This document shows positions 60,977 through 64,000 of a stretch of 64,000 nucleotides of DNA, one piece after another. Below the pieces are notes generated by a model that worked only from the letters and a program-made list of their open reading frames with translations, did not search any database and was not told where the DNA came from. Numbering within the stretch: position 1 is the first letter of the stretch; each line of letters starts with the position of its first letter. The position numbers were made by a program, and so were the translations under genes. Source of the DNA: an uncultured delta proteobacterium (GTDB lineage Bacteria > Desulfobacterota > Syntrophia > Syntrophales > UBA5619); NCBI GenBank assembly GCA_963817385.1, contig CAWFOM010000005.1:1-64000 (forward strand). The letters run 5' to 3'.

Positions 60977-61038
60977 TAAGACCGATTCATGCGGCGACAT
61001 CATTTTGAGCGGGTGGGCATCTTAAGGTTGAAGGGCGC

Positions 61039-62256
61039 CTAGAAGATCACCCTCAGGACGCCGTCGATCTCCCGAAGGGTCGCGATAACGGCGGCTGCTG
61101 TCTCCGGGTGCAACTCCGCGGATTTTATGGCTCCCAATTCGCGGGATATGCCGTCGAAGGCGCCTCGCACGTCCAGGTCCTCATCCATCCGCTTCTCGAA
61201 GATCTCCCTGATCCTCCGCGCCCGAGTGTCCGCCGGCGACACGGCCCGGCCCGCCCTCTTCGCAATCCCCTGGACCTGCATCCGGAGGCGCCTCAGTTTT
61301 TCCGCCGCCGACCCCATCGCCCTCTCCGTATAGGAGAGCGTTTCCCGGTAATTGCCATAGATGAGGAAAAATCGGATCTCGGAGGCGTCATATCCCCGTT
61401 CGAGCAGGTCATCGGTGGTGATGACGGTTCCCCGGCTCTTGGACATCTTCCTGCCTTCGACGAGGAGATGGTGGCCGTGAAGCCAGAAACGGGCCATGGG
61501 ATAGGGCCGCAGCGATTCGAGGATGGCCAAGGAGTAGTCGTGGTGGCGGTAGAGATTGTCGATGCCGCCGCAGTAGATGGAGAGGGTCTCCTGAAAGTGA
61601 TTTGCGACCATGCTCGGGTCCTGGATGTTCCAGGAGGGCCTACCCCGTCCGATCCGGGTATCCCAAAACACCGTTTCTCCCTCCCGGTATCCGTGCCAGA
61701 GGATGAAATCGCCCAGGTTCCACTGGGTGCCGGGGTAGGTGTCCCGATGAAAGCGCCTCCTGCGGGAAGGCCAGCGACTCATGTCCAGTCCGTAGAGTTT
61801 TCCGAAACCGGGGAACTTCAGCGGGTCGAAATAGATATTGCCTTCATGTCGGTAGGCGACCTTGAGTTCCAGGAGGCGCTCGATCATCGCCGCGGCCTCC
61901 TCGACGCAGGCTGAGGCCCGGGGCAGATAGTCGGGGAGCTTGATCCTCAGGAGGTGCATCTCCCGGAGAAATTCATCGATGTTCTCCTCCGTGAGCTCCT
62001 TCAGGGTGATCCCGTCTTTACGGGCTTCATCGATGGCTTTGTCCTCAATGTCGGTGAAGTTCATTCCCCGCTCGACCCGCCAGCCCCGGAATTCCAGGTA
62101 GCGGACCAGGATATCCTCAAACAGGAAGGTCCGGAAGTTCCCGATATGGGCCCGCTGGTAGATCGAGGGTCCGCAGGTGAAGATGGTCACGACCCTGTCG
62201 TTGACGGGCCGAAAGGTCTCTATCTTCTTTCCCAGGGAATTGAAGAGTTTCAGCAT
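61039..62256 (-). CDS. Cysteinyl-tRNA synthetase paralogue (short, altered active site)
   Basis: CGPSIY..HIGN, NFTDIEDK, DFILW, GRPSW, KMSKS; 405 aa. Confidence 0.85.
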   Translation of the reverse strand: MLKLFNSLGKKIETFRPVNDRVVTIFTCGPSIYQRAHIGNFRTFLFEDILVRYLEFRGWRVERGMNFTDIEDKAIDEARKDGITLKELTEENIDEFLREMHLLRIKLPDYLPRASACVEEAAAMIERLLELKVAYRHEGNIYFDPLKFPGFGKLYGLDMSRWPSRRRRFHRDTYPGTQWNLGDFILWHGYREGETVFWDTRIGRGRPSWNIQDPSMVANHFQETLSIYCGGIDNLYRHHDYSLAILESLRPYPMARFWLHGHHLLVEGRKMSKSRGTVITTDDLLERGYDASEIRFFLIYGNYRETLSYTERAMGSAAEKLRRLRMQVQGIAKRAGRAVSPADTRARRIREIFEKRMDEDLDVRGAFDGISRELGAIKSAELHPETAAAVIATLREIDGVLRVIF

Positions 62257-62329
62257 GGGTGTTCACCTCCGCGGGAAACGATTGATCCGGGTCGCCTCCG
62301 GTGCCAAGAGGAGGCCAGCCTCGCCTGTC

Positions 62330-63655
62330 CTAGTCCAGCTTCAGATGCTTCCACTTTCCCGCCTGGAATCGCCCGGCCATGAGGAAGCTCTGAAAGATCA
62401 CGGAGGTCACCATGGACCACCAGACCCCCGGAGCACCGAAACCGAAGAGGAGGGCAAGGCCGTAGACGAGGGGGAGGCGGATCAGCCACATGGCGATGAT
62501 GATCACCCACATGGTCCCCCGGGTGTCCCCGGCCCCCTGGAGTCCGCCGCTGAGCGTCAGGCTCAGGGCGATGAAGGGTTGGGCAATCATGTTGATCCGG
62601 AGGTAGCGGGCCGTCTCCGCGATGACCGCCGGGTCCCTGGCCACAAGGGCGGCAAAGGCTTCCGCCCGAAGGAAGACTATCAGGGCCAGGGCGCTGAGGG
62701 TGACGATACCCGCCGCGGCGATCCGCCATACGATCCGTTCCGCCCGTTCGGGATCTCCGGCCCCGAGGTTCTGGCCGATGAGGACCGACGCGGACATGTT
62801 GAGGGCGAAGGCCGGCAGAAAGATGAGGGCCTCGATCCTGAGGCCGTTGGAGATGGCCGCCATGGCGGTGATACTCGCCTCTCCCAGCCGGCCGAGGATG
62901 TTGTACAGGATTATCGTTCCGGCGTTCCAGGCGATCTGGAGCATTGCCGCCGGCCAGCCGATATCGAAGATCTTTCGGATCATCTCCGCGTGGAGCGCCC
63001 AGGATCCCGCATAGAGGGACCGCCACCGGGTCCGGGAGAAGAGAACGAGACTGATCCCCATGCCGATGGTGACCGAGACCGCCGTGGCGACGGCAATCCC
63101 GGGGTATCCCAGCCGGGGGAAGGGGAACCAGCCGAAAACAAAGGCGAAGTCCCCGATGATGTTGACGGCGCTCACGATAAACATGGTAAAGAGGAGATGC
63201 ATCACGTCGCCGCTCGCCCGAAAGAGGGCGTTGGAGATGATGAGGAGATAGTTTGCCCCCAGGGCAAGGGAGAAGATCTTGAGGAACGTCTCGGCGATCT
63301 CCCTGATCTTTTCGGGGAACCCCGCCGCAGAGACGATCTCCCGGGAGAGGAGGAAGCCGGCCAGGGTGAGAACGGCGGCGATCAGACATCCGAACAGCAG
63401 GGACTGCCTGGCCGCATCCAGTGCGCGCCGGAAGTCCCCCCCGCCTATGGCCCGCGACACGAGGGCTACAGTCCCGATGCTTATCGCATTGGCGATGATG
63501 ATGACAAAGAAGTAGAGCAGACTAACGAAACCGACCGCCGCCTGGACCTCGGGACTGATGAATCCCGCCACGTAGACATCGGCGAAGCCCACAAAGAAAT
63601 TGAAAATCATGATGAGCAACATTGGCCACGAGAGCTGCCAAATGTTGCGCCACAT
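62330..63655 (-). CDS. MATE-family efflux transporter
   Basis: LSWP..D, RASGD, NIIGD, G.GIA.AT, GQNLGAG, GAGDT. Confidence 0.93.
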   Translation of the reverse strand: MWRNIWQLSWPMLLIMIFNFFVGFADVYVAGFISPEVQAAVGFVSLLYFFVIIIANAISIGTVALVSRAIGGGDFRRALDAARQSLLFGCLIAAVLTLAGFLLSREIVSAAGFPEKIREIAETFLKIFSLALGANYLLIISNALFRASGDVMHLLFTMFIVSAVNIIGDFAFVFGWFPFPRLGYPGIAVATAVSVTIGMGISLVLFSRTRWRSLYAGSWALHAEMIRKIFDIGWPAAMLQIAWNAGTIILYNILGRLGEASITAMAAISNGLRIEALIFLPAFALNMSASVLIGQNLGAGDPERAERIVWRIAAAGIVTLSALALIVFLRAEAFAALVARDPAVIAETARYLRINMIAQPFIALSLTLSGGLQGAGDTRGTMWVIIIAMWLIRLPLVYGLALLFGFGAPGVWWSMVTSVIFQSFLMAGRFQAGKWKHLKLD

Positions 63656-63791
63656 GCTTCCAGCGGTTAAGCGGGGGGTGATGTATTCTGCCGTAGAGGC
63701 CTCCTCATTTCGTTTGGGGTGGCAAGTGGGGCGGCATAAGCCCCCTTGCGGTGTTGCATGCCAGTAGGGGCCGAAAACGGCAAACGCGGAT

Positions 63792-63998
63792 TTACCGGCT
63801 TCCGCAGACCCTGATCAGGAAACGTTCCAGGAGGAGGCGGGGCTCCTGCCCCGTCGTCTTGAGCGCCAGATCCGTCCGGACCAGAAGCTCCAGATACCCG
63901 GCCAGTTCCTCGCGGGCGAATCGCCCGGCATTCTTCAGCGCCTGATAGACGACAAAGGGGTGCTGGGAGACGAGGGCAATCGTTTCTTTCCCATCGCC
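63792..63998 (-). CDS. holA: DNA polymerase III delta subunit, C-terminal fragment (runs off the right edge)
   Basis: Own translation: HPFVVYQALKNAGRF..EL..L..TDLALKTTG..PRLLLERF. Confidence 0.7.
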   Translation of the reverse strand, partial: GDGKETIALVSQHPFVVYQALKNAGRFAREELAGYLELLVRTDLALKTTGQEPRLLLERFLIRVCGSR

Positions 63999-64000
63999 GG

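Noticed and set aside
60319..60990. N-terminal extension of NifU in the ORF track (498 aa)
   Set aside because: It is the antisense of the DUF2721 gene plus promoter; the true start is MWEY at 60318 with an RBS and sigma70 promoter.
1..64000. Many long antisense or alternate-frame ORFs (e.g. 24955-26823, 17461-18765, 20530-21897, 62177-63670)
   Set aside because: Shadows of high-GC coding genes; they overlap well-supported CDSs and have no recognisable motifs.

Overview
GC-rich bacterial chromosome segment. Gene content (Hdr/Mvh, NifSU, sigma54 promoters, PAS hybrid kinases) suggests an anaerobic deltaproteobacterium such as Syntrophales; this is inference. Main contents: (i) a frameshifted nuclease-STAND ATPase defence gene (Avs3a-like) running off the left edge; (ii) a sigma54-driven porin-amtB-glnK operon converging on a ~14 kb minus-strand operon, mvhD-metF-gltB2'-gltB2-gltB1/3-hdrC-hdrB-hdrA-mvhD-metV; (iii) tex, followed by a defence hotspot with a Zn-ribbon adenine MTase, a PD-(D/E)XK nuclease, a GIY-YIG protein and only the 5' stumps of a type III R-M system; (iv) housekeeping and metabolic genes (glpABC, FGGY kinase, class I fumarase alpha/beta, thiC with TPP riboswitch, nifUS, MATE, holA end). 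The best candidate for an undescribed system is the operon in (ii): a split glutamate synthase with no standalone GltD, coupled to an HdrA carrying a GltD-like insert and a MetF paralogue that has lost two folate-binding residues. Other strong leads are a CysRS paralogue with an altered Zn site and no anticodon domain, and a divergent RelA/SpoT-like protein. Several genes carry single +1 frameshifts that may be sequencing or assembly errors. No rRNA, tRNA, CRISPR array, transposase or integrase was seen. All calls rest on motif recognition by eye, not database searches.
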